The notes: generated by a model from the letters alone, not told the origin. Numbered from the whole stretch's first letter, positions 22,864 through 35,781 are shown. The stretch is 63,281 nucleotides of DNA, filler included, from Candidatus Rokuibacteriota bacterium (GCA_031406795.1; 10 parts of 10 records of this genome joined end to end with filler, not necessarily neighbours in it), one strand, 5' to 3'. Translations and numbers: made by a program.

Positions 22864-22991
22864 TCATCTCCCCCTGAAAAGTGTCATGTCATTCGTTCGC
22901 GCGCAGACTGCGGGGTCCTGACGCTGCGGACATCCCTCCGCCCGGCATGTGTTCCCGGATAGCCGGTTCCTGGATGACCGCCGTGCCCGTT

Positions 22992-23963
22992 TCATGAGTG
23001 TTCCAGCACGCTGTTGTTCGTTGTGTCCGCCGGCGGCGCCAGTTGGCGCCAGAGCAGTCCGGCGGCGCCGGTGACGCCGGCGAGATCGCCGAGCGCAGCC
23101 GGTGCGAGGCGAACCCGCGTCGCCAGCGCCACGAACGCCCGGCGGCGCATTTCCTGCTCGGCGGCCGGCAGGAACAGATCCCAGGCGGGCAGCACACCGC
23201 CGCCGATGATGATCAGCTCGACGTTGAGCAGATTGACGAGTGCGGCGAACGCCAGCCCGAGGGAACGGCCGGCCTCACGGTAGGCCTGCCGCGCGTTCGG
23301 GTCCCCTTCGAGCGCCCGGCGGTGGACCTCCTCGGCGGAAACCACTTCCTCCAGCCCGGAGAGTTCACGGTAACTGTCCGCGATCCCGTTGGCCGAGGCA
23401 TAGGTCTCCAGACACCCGGCGTTGCCGCAGCGACAGGTCCGACCGCCGGGTTCGACGGTAATGTGGCCGATCTCGCCGGCCATCCCATCGGCCCCGCGCC
23501 AGAGCTCCCCGCCGAGCACCAGACCGCCGCCGACCCCGGTGCCGAGCGTCAGCAGCACCATGCTCGAGCAGCCCTTGCCCGCGCCGCGCCAGTACTCGCC
23601 GTAGGCCGCGGCGTTCGCATCGTTCTCCAGCAGCACGGGAAGCGCGATCGCCGCCGCGACCCTCTCGCGCAGCGGCACCTCGTGCCAGCCCGGCAGGTTC
23701 GGTGAAGCGACCACGGTGCCCTCGCGGGCCGAGATGATCCCCGGCGCTCCGAGAACCACGCCCCGGACGCACCCGCCGGCTTCGGCGATGCGCGCGCGCA
23801 CCAGCCCGACGGCCGCGACAATGCGCTCGATCACCGGCGCCGGACCTTCCCGGGCCAGGGTCGGTTCGCGGTGGAGTTCGACGATGTCGCCGCCCGCCCC
23901 AACGCCGGCCACCCGGAGATTCGTCCCCCCCAGGTCGACCCCGATAACCACGCTCTCGCCCAC
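22992..23963 (-). CDS. ROK-family sugar kinase (glucokinase-like)
   Basis: GVDLGGTN, ENDANAAA, GTGVGGG, GEIGH..CRCGNAGCLE. Confidence 0.92.
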   Translation of the reverse strand: MGESVVIGVDLGGTNLRVAGVGAGGDIVELHREPTLAREGPAPVIERIVAAVGLVRARIAEAGGCVRGVVLGAPGIISAREGTVVASPNLPGWHEVPLRERVAAAIALPVLLENDANAAAYGEYWRGAGKGCSSMVLLTLGTGVGGGLVLGGELWRGADGMAGEIGHITVEPGGRTCRCGNAGCLETYASANGIADSYRELSGLEEVVSAEEVHRRALEGDPNARQAYREAGRSLGLAFAALVNLLNVELIIIGGGVLPAWDLFLPAAEQEMRRRAFVALATRVRLAPAALGDLAGVTGAAGLLWRQLAPPADTTNNSVLEHS

Positions 23964-23971
23964 GCCCCGCC

Positions 23972-25042
23972 TCAGTCTTCCGCGTCGGCCCGATGGTGGC
24001 GACTGTAGTCCGGCACCAGGGCATCGGCGCCGAGCACCAGCCGGTTGAGCATGACGTGGGCGCCGATCCTCGCGCCGTTGCCGACGATGCACCCTTTGAG
24101 TCGCGCGCCCTCCCCGATCTGCACGCCGTCCCAGAGCACGCAGTTCTCGAGCACGGCCTGCGAACCGATGCGGCAGGAACTGCCGATGACCACGGACTTG
24201 TGCAGCTGGACCCCATCGCCGAACTCCGTCTTCGGGCCGATCAGGGCCCGGCCCAGCGCCAGCAGCCGCTCGCCGGTGCGGACGCCCGGGGCGACCCAGA
24301 GCCCGGTGCCCCGGCGGCGATAGCCGCGATGCACCCACCGCGGGTCGTCGAGCAGATCGCGGTGAGCCTGGAGGTACTTCTCCGAGGTGCCGAAATCGAG
24401 CCAGTAGCCGGGGTGGACATAGCCGTAGAAGGGAATCTTCTCCTGGACAAGACGCGGGAAGAAGTCTCGCTCGATCGAGCAGGGTCCCGGCGGGAAGAAG
24501 CGCAGCAGTTCGGGCTCGATGACGTAGACCCCGGCATTGATGGTGTTGGTGCTGACTTCTTCCCAACTCGGCTTCTCGAGGAAGCCCTGCACCCGGCCGT
24601 CGCGGGCCTGCTGCACGAGCCCGTAGGCAGTGGGGTCCTCCACGGGGGTGAGCACGATGGTCGCCTGCGCGCGCTTGGCCGTGTGGTACGCCAGCACCGC
24701 GCGCAGATCGATGGTGCTGAAGACATCGCCGTTGAGGACGACCAGGGTCCCCTCGCGACCCGCCGCCGCGAACCGCACCGCCCCGCCGGTACCGAGGGGC
24801 TCGTCCTCCACCGTGTAGTCCAGGGAGATGCCGCGCGGGCAGAAACCGCGGATTGCCGCCTGCACATCTTTGGGCCGATAGGAGAGGCTCAGGACCACCT
24901 TGCGGATGCCCGCGGCCCGCAGCGCTTCGAGCTGGTAAGCAAGGAACGGTCTGTTGGCGAGCGGCACGACCGGCTTGGGTCGCGCGAGCGTCAGGGGCCG
25001 AAGGCGGGTGCCTCTCCCCCCGGCGAGAATGATCGCCCACAT
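23972..25042 (-). CDS. NDP-sugar pyrophosphorylase (mannose-1-phosphate guanylyltransferase-like) with LbH tail
   Basis: ILAGGRGTRLRPLT..PKP, EPLGTGG, NGD, FLEKP, INAGVY, GYWLDFG. Confidence 0.9.
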   Translation of the reverse strand: MWAIILAGGRGTRLRPLTLARPKPVVPLANRPFLAYQLEALRAAGIRKVVLSLSYRPKDVQAAIRGFCPRGISLDYTVEDEPLGTGGAVRFAAAGREGTLVVLNGDVFSTIDLRAVLAYHTAKRAQATIVLTPVEDPTAYGLVQQARDGRVQGFLEKPSWEEVSTNTINAGVYVIEPELLRFFPPGPCSIERDFFPRLVQEKIPFYGYVHPGYWLDFGTSEKYLQAHRDLLDDPRWVHRGYRRRGTGLWVAPGVRTGERLLALGRALIGPKTEFGDGVQLHKSVVIGSSCRIGSQAVLENCVLWDGVQIGEGARLKGCIVGNGARIGAHVMLNRLVLGADALVPDYSRHHRADAED

Positions 25043-25315
25043 GCTCAGGTCCTCCTGTCTCTGTCCCGGCCCTTACCAGTCTGTAACGTGTCAGTTTGCC
25101 ACAGGCTTCGGGAACTCGTCAATGAAAGGGCGATGCCCGGGTGCACGACAAGAAAGTGTGAGTTGACATAGGGCTGCGATCTGGCATCATGTCTGTCATA
25201 CAGTTCAAATGACAGNNNNNNNNNNNNNNNNNNNNNNNNNNNNNNNNNNNNNNNNNNNNTTAATTAATTAANNNNNNNNNNNNNNNNNNNNNNNNNNNNN
25301 NNNNNNNNNNNNNNN

Positions 25316-25974
25316 TCCCGCTCGTCGAGGATCCGGGCCAGGTGCAGGAGCCCCGCGCGCTCCCGCAGCGCCCCGAGCTGCGGGGCGAGCGGCTCTTCCT
25401 GGAAGAAGTCCGAGACCACGACAAGGCGGCCCCGGTTGCGGGTGCGCGCGAGGAAATCGGCCGCGGCTTTGCCGAGACGGGTCCCCTGCCCCGTTGGGGC
25501 GCGGGAGAAGAAGCGCAGGCACTCCGCCAGCGACTCGGGACCCCGGTACGGGCCAGCGGCGGCGAGGAGGGTCTCGGCGAAGGCCCCGAGGTAGACGGGG
25601 CGCCGGACGCACAGGCTGAGGAAGGCGAAGGCGGCGGCGCAGCGCGCCCCGAAGAGCGCCTTCTCGCCGCGGCCGGTGCGCATCGAGGCGCTGGTGTCGA
25701 GCAACACGAAGACGGGCCCCTGGCTCTCGGGCGCATAGAGCTTGACGAGGAGCTTCTCGCTCCTGGCGTAGACGCTCCAGTCGAGGTAGCGCGGGTCGTC
25801 GCCCGCCGTGTACGGGCGGTAGGTTTCGAACTCGGGGGTCGCGCCGCCCCCCCCGCCGCGGAACTCGCCCCGCTGGGGGCGGCGCAGCAGCCACGCGGCC
25901 AGCCGGCGCAGCCGCTCGAGCAGCGGGGCGTCGAGCAGCGCCTCCGTCGCGGTGACGGTCGCGGCGGGCGGCAT
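25316..25974 (-). CDS. DUF58 protein, 3'-partial
   Basis: EFETYRPYTAGDDPRYLDW, LLDTSASM, VVVSDF; follows MoxR. Confidence 0.88.
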
Positions 25975-26957
25975 CAGCCCCGCCTGCCGGCGTCCCGCGC
26001 GATCTCGAGCAGCAGCTCGTCAATCGCGACCTTCTGCATCTGGGCCTCGAAGGTGAGCAGGATCCGGTGACGCAGCACGGGGAGCAGCTGTTGCAGGATG
26101 TCCTCGCGGCTCACGTGGAAGCGCCGGTCGCGGGCGCTCTGGACCTTGGCGAGGGCCAGCAGCCCCTGGAGTCCCCGCGGCGAGGCCCCGTACCGGATGT
26201 GGGTGCGCGCGATCGCCGGCGCGTCGGGGTTCTCCGGGTGGGTCGCCCGGACGATGCGGGCGGCGAAATCCAGCACGGGCTCCGCCACCGGGATACCGGC
26301 GATCAGGCCGCGCATGCGCAGCAACCCTTCCCGGTCGAGCACGGCGGCGGCCCGCGGCGCCGCGGGCCCCGTGGTGCGCAGGGCGATCTCCTTGAGCTCG
26401 TCGAGGTTCGGGGAGGTCACGATCAGCTTGCAGAGGAAGCGATCGAGCTGGGCCTCCGGGAGCGGGTACGTCCCCTCGAGCTCGATCGGGTTCTGGGTCG
26501 CGATCACCGAAAACGGCTCCTCCAGCGCGAAGTGCCGGCCGAACACGGTCACTTCGCGCTCCTCCATCGCCTGGAGCAGCGCGGATTGCGTCTTGGGCCC
26601 GGCGCGGTTGATCTCGTCCGCCAGCAGCAGGTGCGTGAAGACCGGGCCGGGCTCGAAGCGGAACTCCCGCTCGCCGCCGCGCATGTCGAGGACGTTGGTC
26701 CCGGTGATGTCCGCCGGCATGAGATCCGGGGTGAACTGGATGCGCGCGTAGTTGAGTCGGAGGACCTCCTTGAGCGTCTTGACCATCAGGGTCTTGCCCA
26801 GCCCGGGGACGCCCTCGAGCAGCACGTGCCCGCCGGCGACCACGGCCGAGATCATGGTCCGGACCGTGTCTTCCTCGCCGACGATGATCGTGCGCACCTC
26901 CCGCTCGACGGCGGCCAGCGACTCGCGGGCCTCTTCCATCTCCTTACCGAGTTCCAA
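25974..26957 (-). CDS. MoxR-family AAA+ ATPase
   Basis: LEGVPGLGKT, RIQFTPDLMPAD, LADEINRA, ATQNPIE.EGTYPLPEAQLDRF. Confidence 0.95.
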   Translation of the reverse strand: MELGKEMEEARESLAAVEREVRTIIVGEEDTVRTMISAVVAGGHVLLEGVPGLGKTLMVKTLKEVLRLNYARIQFTPDLMPADITGTNVLDMRGGEREFRFEPGPVFTHLLLADEINRAGPKTQSALLQAMEEREVTVFGRHFALEEPFSVIATQNPIELEGTYPLPEAQLDRFLCKLIVTSPNLDELKEIALRTTGPAAPRAAAVLDREGLLRMRGLIAGIPVAEPVLDFAARIVRATHPENPDAPAIARTHIRYGASPRGLQGLLALAKVQSARDRRFHVSREDILQQLLPVLRHRILLTFEAQMQKVAIDELLLEIARDAGRRG

Positions 26958-28047
26958 GAGAACCTCCCGTGAAGAGTGACGACAGTTCGTCGAAGTAGCG
27001 GCGGACGTTCTCCCGCACCTCGGGGGCCAGAGTGGCGAAATCGACCTCGATCCGTAGAGCGCCTTCCTTTCCGGTCCCCTGTCCGGAGCCCGGCCCGAGC
27101 AGACCCGAGCCGGCGCCCCGCCCCGGGACGAGATTGAAGGCCACCCGGCCCCGGGGGGCCGTGCCGGCCGGTCCGCCGCCCTTCGTCGCCGTCCCGGCCG
27201 CGGTCGCGCCGACAGGCGTCAGGCCGGAGCCGACGGGAACGGAGAAGAGGCGGGCGGGCTGCGGAAAGTTCGCGCCGCCCCCCGCCCCGGAGCCCGGTCC
27301 GGACGCGCCGCCGCCGGCCTGCCCGGCGGTTTCGGCGAGGTCCGCGGCTCCGCGCGTCAGGTCGGGGTGGGGCTTCTCCGGCGGCGGCGGCGACGAGACG
27401 ACCTTCTGGCCGGCCGGCTCGGGGGAGGGCTTCGGCGCCGGGCGGCCGGCTTCACCGCTCCCCGGGTCGCCGGACGACGGGGCGGACTTTCCCGGGGCGG
27501 AACCCTCCGGAGCGCCGCCTCCCGCGCCACCGGTGACCGCCACCCGGAACTGCCGCACCCACTGCAGCGGCTGCGGCAGGAAGAAGGCGAAGTAGCTCGC
27601 GTAGACCATCCACAGAAAGAGCGGCGGCGCTGCCCAGAGCCAGCGGGGGACCGCCACGGCCGCCGCCGGGTCGACCCCATCGAGGGCGGCCGCGGTCTCC
27701 GCGGCCTGGGCCTCTCGATAGCGGCCGTCGACGTCCCGCCGCGCTCCCAGGTCGAGGAAGCTCGCGAGCCGGTCCTTGAGGCCGAGCGCGCGGTCGGCCT
27801 CCCGCGCCATCCGGGCCGGGCGGGCGCGCAGCGCGGCGCCGGCCACCAGCACCAGGGCGAGATAGATGCCGGTCGTGAGTTCCGGGAGCCGCAGCTGGAA
27901 CGAACGATTCACGATCCTGGTCGCCGCCAGGATCGCATACTGTGCGGCGACGGCGATCAGCAGCGCCTGGAGGCCCCGTCGCACCAGCCATCTCCGGCGC
28001 ACCCCGAGCAGAAAGCCTGCTATCGCCTCGTCCACGCTACGATTCAT
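26944..28047 (-). CDS. Hypothetical membrane protein of MoxR/vWA operons, Gly/Pro-rich C-terminus
   Basis: TM helices, ADRALGLKDRLAS, terminal VRRYFDEL; overlaps both neighbours. Confidence 0.65.
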   Translation of the reverse strand: MNRSVDEAIAGFLLGVRRRWLVRRGLQALLIAVAAQYAILAATRIVNRSFQLRLPELTTGIYLALVLVAGAALRARPARMAREADRALGLKDRLASFLDLGARRDVDGRYREAQAAETAAALDGVDPAAAVAVPRWLWAAPPLFLWMVYASYFAFFLPQPLQWVRQFRVAVTGGAGGGAPEGSAPGKSAPSSGDPGSGEAGRPAPKPSPEPAGQKVVSSPPPPEKPHPDLTRGAADLAETAGQAGGGASGPGSGAGGGANFPQPARLFSVPVGSGLTPVGATAAGTATKGGGPAGTAPRGRVAFNLVPGRGAGSGLLGPGSGQGTGKEGALRIEVDFATLAPEVRENVRRYFDELSSLFTGGSLGTR

Positions 28048-28759
28048 CCCCCCCCATCAACCCCATCTTCTTCATCCGATAGCGCAGACTGTCGCGCGAG
28101 ATACCCAGCAGCTGGGAGGCCCGGGTCTGGTTGTTGCGCGTCTGTTCGAGGGCCTGGCGGACCAAGTCGTCCTCGAGTTTCTCCAGCGAGAGCCCGCCCG
28201 GGGGCAGCGCGAATGCGCCGTTCGCGGCGGCGCCATCGCCCGTTGCCGGTCCCGCCGCGGCCGGCGTGGCGCCGAGGATCTCGGGGGGCAGGTCGTCAGC
28301 CCCGACAACGGTGCCGGTCTGCAGCAGGATCGCCCGCTCGAGCACGTTCTTGAGTTCGCGCACGTTCCCCGGCCAGGGGTAGCGCAGCAGCGCCCGCTCG
28401 GCCTCGGGCGCAAGTCCGGTGACCTGCTTGGCGAACTCCCGGTTGAAGACCTTGATGTAATACTCGGCGAGCGGGACGATGTCCTCGGGGCGCTCGCGCA
28501 GCGGCGGCAGCAGGATCGGCACGACCTTGAGGCGGTAGAAGAGGTCCTCGCGGAAGCGGCCGGCCTTGCGCTCCGCGTCGAGGTCCTTGTTCGAGGCGGT
28601 GACGATGCGCACGTCGACCTGGATGTCCTTGACCCCGCCGATGCGCCGGAAGGCCTTCTCTTCGATCACCCGCAGCAGCTTCGCCTGCAGGTCGAAACGC
28701 ATCTCGGCGATCTCGTCGAGGAAGATCGTGCCGCCGTCGGCCAGCTCGAAGAGCCCCTT
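28037..28759 (-). CDS. Sigma54-dependent transcriptional activator, C-terminal part
   Basis: GTIFLDEI, LQAKLLRV, FREDLFYRL, WPGNVREL, Fis-type HTH. Confidence 0.93.
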   Translation of the reverse strand, partial: KGLFELADGGTIFLDEIAEMRFDLQAKLLRVIEEKAFRRIGGVKDIQVDVRIVTASNKDLDAERKAGRFREDLFYRLKVVPILLPPLRERPEDIVPLAEYYIKVFNREFAKQVTGLAPEAERALLRYPWPGNVRELKNVLERAILLQTGTVVGADDLPPEILGATPAAAGPATGDGAAANGAFALPPGGLSLEKLEDDLVRQALEQTRNNQTRASQLLGISRDSLRYRMKKMGLMGGDES

Positions 28760-28859
28760 NNNNNNNNNNNNNNNNNNNNNNNNNNNNNNNNNNNNNNNNN
28801 NNNTTAATTAATTAANNNNNNNNNNNNNNNNNNNNNNNNNNNNNNNNNNNNNNNNNNNN

Positions 28860-29979
28860 GCGAACTGCCGTTGTGAACCTCGGCTATCCGGCTGCCGAGC
28901 GCCGAGCTGTCGTTCATCTTCGACGCCATGTTGGCGAGAAAGAGCATCTGCCCATCGCTCGAACGGGTGACGAGCGAGAGCTCCTCGCCGCCGTGCATCA
29001 CCTTGAAGCGTGGGTCGCGCATGCCGTCCTTGCCGCCCATCGCCTCGAGGTCTTTCTTCCAGCTCTTGCCGTAGGGCGGGTTCGACATCATGAAGTCGAA
29101 CTGCATGGCGGGGAAGGCATCGTGCGAGAGAGTCGACCATTCGGCGCCCCCGACGATGTGGTCGGCGTTTTCGCCCTCGCCTTTGAGGAGCATATCCGCC
29201 TTGCAGACGGCGTAGGTCTCGGGGTTGATCTCCTGGCCGTAGAGGTGGCAGTTGATCTGAAGCCCACGCTTCGTCGCGATATCCGTGAGTCTCTCCTCAC
29301 CCACAGTGAGCATCCCGCCGGTGCCGGCGGTACCGTCGTAGAGCAGGTAGGATCCGGACTTGAGCTTATCCTCGATCGGCAGGAACACGAGGTTCGCCAT
29401 CAGCCGCACGGCATCGCGCGGCGTCCAGTGCTCGCCGGCCTCCTCGTTGTTCTCCTCGTTGAACTTGCGGACCAGCTCCTCGAAGACCGTGCCCATCGCG
29501 TGGTTGTCGATGCCGGCCGGCGTCAGGTCGATGTCGGGATCCAGGAACTTATTGATCAGCGTGCCCAGCGCGTCGGCCTTGGAGAGCGTCGAGAGCTGGT
29601 TGCGGAACTTGAAATTCTCGAGGATATCCTGGACGTTGGGCGAGAAGCCGTTGAGGTAGTCCTCGAAGTCGGCCAGGAGCTGCTGCTGGCTCCCGCGGGA
29701 CTTGAGATCGCGCAGCGTGAACTTCGAGGTGTTGTAGAACGCCTGCCCCGCGGCGCCGGCGAGCGCGGCGCGCTGTTCGGTGATGCGGGCCTCGTCGAGC
29801 ATCTTCCTGGTGTCGAGCACCGCCTGCTTCGTGGGCTCAAGGACCGCATCCAGGCGCCGCAACACGCACATCGGCAGGATCACATCGGGGTACTTGCCGC
29901 GCTTGAAGAGGTCGCGCAGCACGTCGTCGGCGATCCCCCAGATGAAGGAGACGATCTTGTTGTGGGTTGCCTGGTCCAT
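28860..29979 (-). CDS. hsdM: Type I restriction-modification methyltransferase subunit, 3'-partial
   Basis: FIWGIADDVLRD, AGEHWTPRD, GTGGML, GQEINPETYA, NPPY. Confidence 0.93.
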
Positions 29980-30128
29980 CAGCGATTTCGTCCTCTTACT
30001 TGTGTCTGTTCAAAACAGGAAAGAGGTCGGTGTACCGCCGAGGCCATTGATGTATTTCATGAGAACACAGTATTACATTTTCACGGCATGGCAAACATGC
30101 CGTTCTGGTCCGAGAGAGGAAAAGTGGC

Positions 30129-31557
<1,429 letters not shown>

Positions 31558-31571
<14 letters not shown>

Positions 31572-32622
31572 GGTGCTCCTTCCGGGTGCCGCGCAGCACC
31601 TCGAGAATCTCGTTCGGCGTCGGCACCATGCCGCCCTGGCGGCCGTAGAAGCCGATCGGCACGCGGCAGCCGGAGGCGAGGCGCACGTCGTGCACCATCT
31701 GGCCGTCCGAGAGCTCAACGACGAGGATGCGCTTGACGCGTCTGGCAACCTCGCCGAGCGCCGCCTCCGGGAACGGCCAGAGCGTCACGGGGCGGAACAG
31801 CCCGGCCTTAATCCCTTCGCGGCGCGCCAGGTCGACGACCGAGCGCAGCACGCGCCCGACGATGCCGTAGCCGACGAGCAGCACCTCGGCGTCCTCGAGC
31901 TGGTACTCGCGGTGCTCGGGCAGCGCGGCGGCGGCGCGGGCGTACTTCGCCATCAGCCGGCGGTTGTGCGCCTCGAGATCCTCGTGCGACATGTAGATCG
32001 ACGTGATCAGGTTCGGCCGCGTCGCCGCGTCCCCGCGCACCGCCCAGTCGGGCTTTGGGGGCTCGAACGCGGTTTCGGGAAAGCGCACCGGCTCCATCAT
32101 CTGGCCGACGAAGCCGTCCGCGAGCAGGATCGCCGGCGTGCGGTAGGTCTGCGCCGCCGCGAATGCCTTCAGCGTGAAATCGCACATCTCCTGCGCATAG
32201 GCAGGGGCGTAGACGATCGTGTGGTAGTTGCCGTGACCGCCGCCTTTGACCATCTGGTTGTAGTCGCCCTGCTCCGGCCCGATGTTGCCCAGGCCGGGGC
32301 CGCCGCGCATGATGTCGGCGATCACGCAGGGCAGCTCGGCGCCCGCGAGGTACGAGATCCCCTCCTGCATCAGCGAGAGCCCGGGCCCCGAGGAGGCGGT
32401 CATCGTCAGCTCGCCGGCGGCTGCCGCCCCGAAGACCATGTTGATCGCCGCGGTCTCGGACTCGGCCTGCACGAACGTGCCGCCGATCTTCGGCATCAGG
32501 TTCGCCGCCGCTTCGGTCAGTTCGCTGGCCGGGGTGATCGGGTAGCCGTAGAAGGAGCGGCAGCCGGCGAGGATCGCGGCCTTGACGACCGCCTCGTTGG
32601 CCTTGATGAGCTTCTGTTCCAT
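31558..32622 (-). CDS. vorB: 2-oxoacid:ferredoxin oxidoreductase alpha subunit (VorB-type)
   Basis: [39 protein letters not shown]. Confidence 0.88.
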
Positions 32623-32642
32623 CGTCAGCGCTCCCGCCGGCC

Positions 32643-32882
32643 TCAGGCCGCGGACTCCTCATTGACAGGGGTGACCGCGATCGCATCCGGCTCCGGACAG
32701 GCGTAGTAGCAGAGGCCGCAGCCGGTGCAGCGCCCGTCGGCGACGAACTCCACCGGGTGGTAGCCGAGGCGGTTGAGGGTCTTGCCGGCTCTCAGCAGCT
32801 TCTGGGGGCAGGACTCGACGCAGAGCAGGCAACCCTTGCACTTGTCCGCCCGGATGTCGACGCTTCCCTTCGGTCTGGCCAT
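32643..32882 (-). CDS. 2x[4Fe-4S] ferredoxin (delta subunit)
   Basis: [12 protein letters not shown] and [13 protein letters not shown]. Confidence 0.92.
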   Translation of the reverse strand: MARPKGSVDIRADKCKGCLLCVESCPQKLLRAGKTLNRLGYHPVEFVADGRCTGCGLCYYACPEPDAIAVTPVNEESAA

Positions 32883-32946
32883 AGCGGGGGATTGTAGTGA
32901 GGAGCCAAGCGCCGGTCAAGCGCAACCAATTACAGCACGGTAATCC

Positions 32947-33024
32947 GTAGGGGCGGGGTTGATCCCCGCCCGTTGAGCGAATATTCCCGGCAAACAGGCG
33001 GGAGGGGGTGAACCCCTCCCCTAC
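32947..33024. repeat. Inverted pair of GTAG-type REPs (REPIN-like)
   Basis: GTAG-GGGCGGGG-ttgat-CCCCGCCC ... GGGAGGGG-gtgaa-CCCCTCCC-CTAC. Confidence 0.8.
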
Positions 33025-33605
33025 GGTAGAACCCCGACAGCCGTCATGAGCCGGCCGAGCCGCTCCAGCGGCAGGCCGATGACATTCGTCAGCGATCCGG
33101 AAACCTTCGCGACGAGGTGCCTGCCCCGTCCCTGCACCGCGTAAGACCCCGCCTTGTCGAGCGGTTCGCCGGTGGCGACGTAGCGGCGGATGACCGCCTC
33201 GGTGAACGGTTTCATCGCGACCCGGCTGCGTACGACGGCGGTGCGCGCCCGGCCGCCGGCGGCGGGAACGAGAGCCACGCCGGTCAGCACTTCATGGGTC
33301 CGTCCCGACAGCCGCGCCAGCATCTGCCGCGCATCCCGGACGCCGCGCGGTTTGCCGAGAATCGTCCCGTCGAGGACGACCACGGTATCCGCGCCGAGGA
33401 CCCACTGCGCCCCGCACCCCGGGGCGAGTCCCCGGGCGACCGCCCGAGCCTTGGCGAGGGCCAGCCGCCGGACATGGGGACCGGGCAGTTCGCCCGGCAA
33501 CGGACGTTCATCGACGTCGGGGACCCGAATCGAGAAAGCGACACCGAGCCTGCGCAGCAGCAGGCGCCGCCGGGGCGAGGAGGAGGCGAGCACGATCGGC
33601 TTCAT
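33021..33605 (-). CDS. maf: Maf/YhdE nucleoside triphosphate pyrophosphatase
   Basis: LASSSPRR, LALAKA, GADTVV..GKP, DKAGSY, NVIGLP. Confidence 0.93.
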   Translation of the reverse strand: MKPIVLASSSPRRRLLLRRLGVAFSIRVPDVDERPLPGELPGPHVRRLALAKARAVARGLAPGCGAQWVLGADTVVVLDGTILGKPRGVRDARQMLARLSGRTHEVLTGVALVPAAGGRARTAVVRSRVAMKPFTEAVIRRYVATGEPLDKAGSYAVQGRGRHLVAKVSGSLTNVIGLPLERLGRLMTAVGVLP

Positions 33606-33703
33606 ACCACCTCTGCACGCGGCAGGTTTGCCACAGCGCCCGCTCACTCTGCCGGGTACAGAAGTGGAATTCGGTAATGAAATCGATTTCTTGGTGTGGC
33701 TAA

Positions 33704-34186
33704 TCATTGATTAGTGGAAACCGCCAGGAACTTGCGTATGGGCTCCGCGAGAGCCTCGGTACTAAAGTGGGATGACCTGTCAATAACGAGCGTAGATTTG
33801 GCCTCGATTGCCCTGTCTTTATTCTGCTGAAGCCCGTCTGTGGATTCACCAACCACGAATACGACAAATCGCTCTTCGGGGAGATTCAGCGCGCTTGCGC
33901 CTTCGATCACCACCCCGCGGCATCCTTCGAACTGGTCCTTGATCAGCTCCCAGGTCGAACCGACCGCCTCGCGGGGGCCGATGATCCTCGCCACGCGAAC
34001 CGCACCATGGGCGGCGTAGAGGGCCGTATCCTTGCCCGGTTCTCCGGCTCCCCACTCGACCCGACTTGCGCCCTCCCGAGGCGAAATCTTCACGGCGCCC
34101 AGTCCGGGAATCTCCCGCAGCACGCGACAGGCGAGGGTCGTCTTCCCGCAGCCGCTGCCGGTCCCGACAACCGCGATTATTTTCAC
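33704..34186 (-). CDS. Small P-loop protein (MobB-like), function unknown
   Basis: IIAVVGTGSGCGKTT, GAVKI, GKDT, VVIEG. Confidence 0.65.
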   Translation of the reverse strand: MKIIAVVGTGSGCGKTTLACRVLREIPGLGAVKISPREGASRVEWGAGEPGKDTALYAAHGAVRVARIIGPREAVGSTWELIKDQFEGCRGVVIEGASALNLPEERFVVFVVGESTDGLQQNKDRAIEAKSTLVIDRSSHFSTEALAEPIRKFLAVSTNQ

Positions 34187-34248
34187 GCTGCCTCCCGCTC
34201 CTTCGATGGCCGCCGCAACGCCTCATGATACTATGACGACACCGACCC

Positions 34249-35681
34249 ATGCGCAGCAACGCGAACCACCACGAGCCGACTTTGGATTTTGGCCTGCCCG
34301 CAGCGTATGCCGACATCGCGCTGCGGCTGGCGCTCCCCGGGTCGCTCCAGTTCGGCATCCCCGAGCATCTGCGCGGGAGTCTGCGCATCGGCCAGCGCGT
34401 CATGGTCCCCCTGCGCGGCGGTCGCGACGTCGGCTACGTGGTCGGCCTCTCGAGCGAGCCGAAAGTCCGGGGCATCCGCCCGATCGAGCGGGTGCTCGAC
34501 CCCGAGCCGCACGTGCCGCCGGACCTGCTCGAACTCATGCTCTGGATCGCGCACCACTACCTCTCTCCCCTCGGGATGGTACTGCGCGCCGCCATACCGC
34601 AGTCGGTCCACTACGAGGGAACGCACAAGGCGATCGCCCGCGAGCGCCAGATCCTCACCGCGACCCTCGCTCTGCCCTTCGACGAGGCCGAAGCGCTGCT
34701 CCCCGACCTGGCCCGCCGCGCCCCCGCGCAGGCCGAGGCGCTGGCCGGCCTCTGCCGGGGGCAGGGCAAACCGGTCCCGGCGTCCACCTTCAACCGCGCC
34801 GCTCTCGAGGGTCTGCAGAAAAAGGGGCTCGTGACGCTAGCCTGCACCGGGTCCCGCCGCGGCATCCTCCCCCCGCCCGACGACGCGGTGGAGCCCGCGC
34901 CGCTGACGCCCGCGCAAACCGCAGTCTTCTCGCAGATCCTCCCGGCGCTCGCGGGCGGCGCAAAGCCGCTGCTCGTGCAGGGCGTCACGGGCAGCGGCAA
35001 GACCGAGCTCTACCTGCGGGCGATCCGCACGCTGCCGCCCGACCGGCAGGCGCTGCTGCTGGTTCCCGAAGTCTCGCTGACCATCCAGCTGATCCGCCAC
35101 CTGCGCGAGCGGCTCCCCTTCCCGATCGCCGTCTGGCACCACCAGCTCTCGGACGGCGAGAAGTTCGATCTCTGGCGCGCAATCCGCCGCGGCGAGGTAC
35201 GCACGGTCGTCGGCACGCGCTCGGCGCTCTTCGTACCGCTGCCCCGACTCGGGCTGATCGTGATCGACGAGGAGCAGGAGGCCTCTTTCAAACAGGAGGA
35301 GACCCCTTGTTACCACGCCCGGGACGCGGCCATCGTCCGCGCAGCCAATTGCGGCGCCGTGGTGATCCTGGGGTCGGCGACTCCGAGCCTCGAGAGCCGT
35401 CACCTGGCCGAAGAGGGGATCTTCACGCTGCTGCGCCTGCCCGAGCGCTACACCGGCCTGCCGCTCCCGCAGGTCGAGATCCTCGACCTGCGAAACTATG
35501 CCGCCCCCGGCCGCCGCTCGATCGGCCAGCGGGGCGAGGAACCGCGACTGATCGCCCCGCCTCTGCTCGACGCCGCCCGCGAGACGCTCGAGCGCGGCGA
35601 TCAGGTCCTCTTCTTTCTCAACCGCCGCGGCTTTGCGCCCCACACCCAGTGCCGGGCCTGCGGCGCGGGGATCAGCTGCCC
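34249..35681 (+). CDS. priA: Primosomal protein N', 3'-partial
   Basis: GVTGSGKTELY, LVPEVSLT, GTRSA, DEEQ, YHARD, GSATPSLES, LNRRGF..C.ACG. Confidence 0.95.
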
Positions 35682-35781
35682 NNNNNNNNNNNNNNNNNNN
35701 NNNNNNNNNNNNNNNNNNNNNNNNNTTAATTAATTAANNNNNNNNNNNNNNNNNNNNNNNNNNNNNNNNNNNNNNNNNNNN

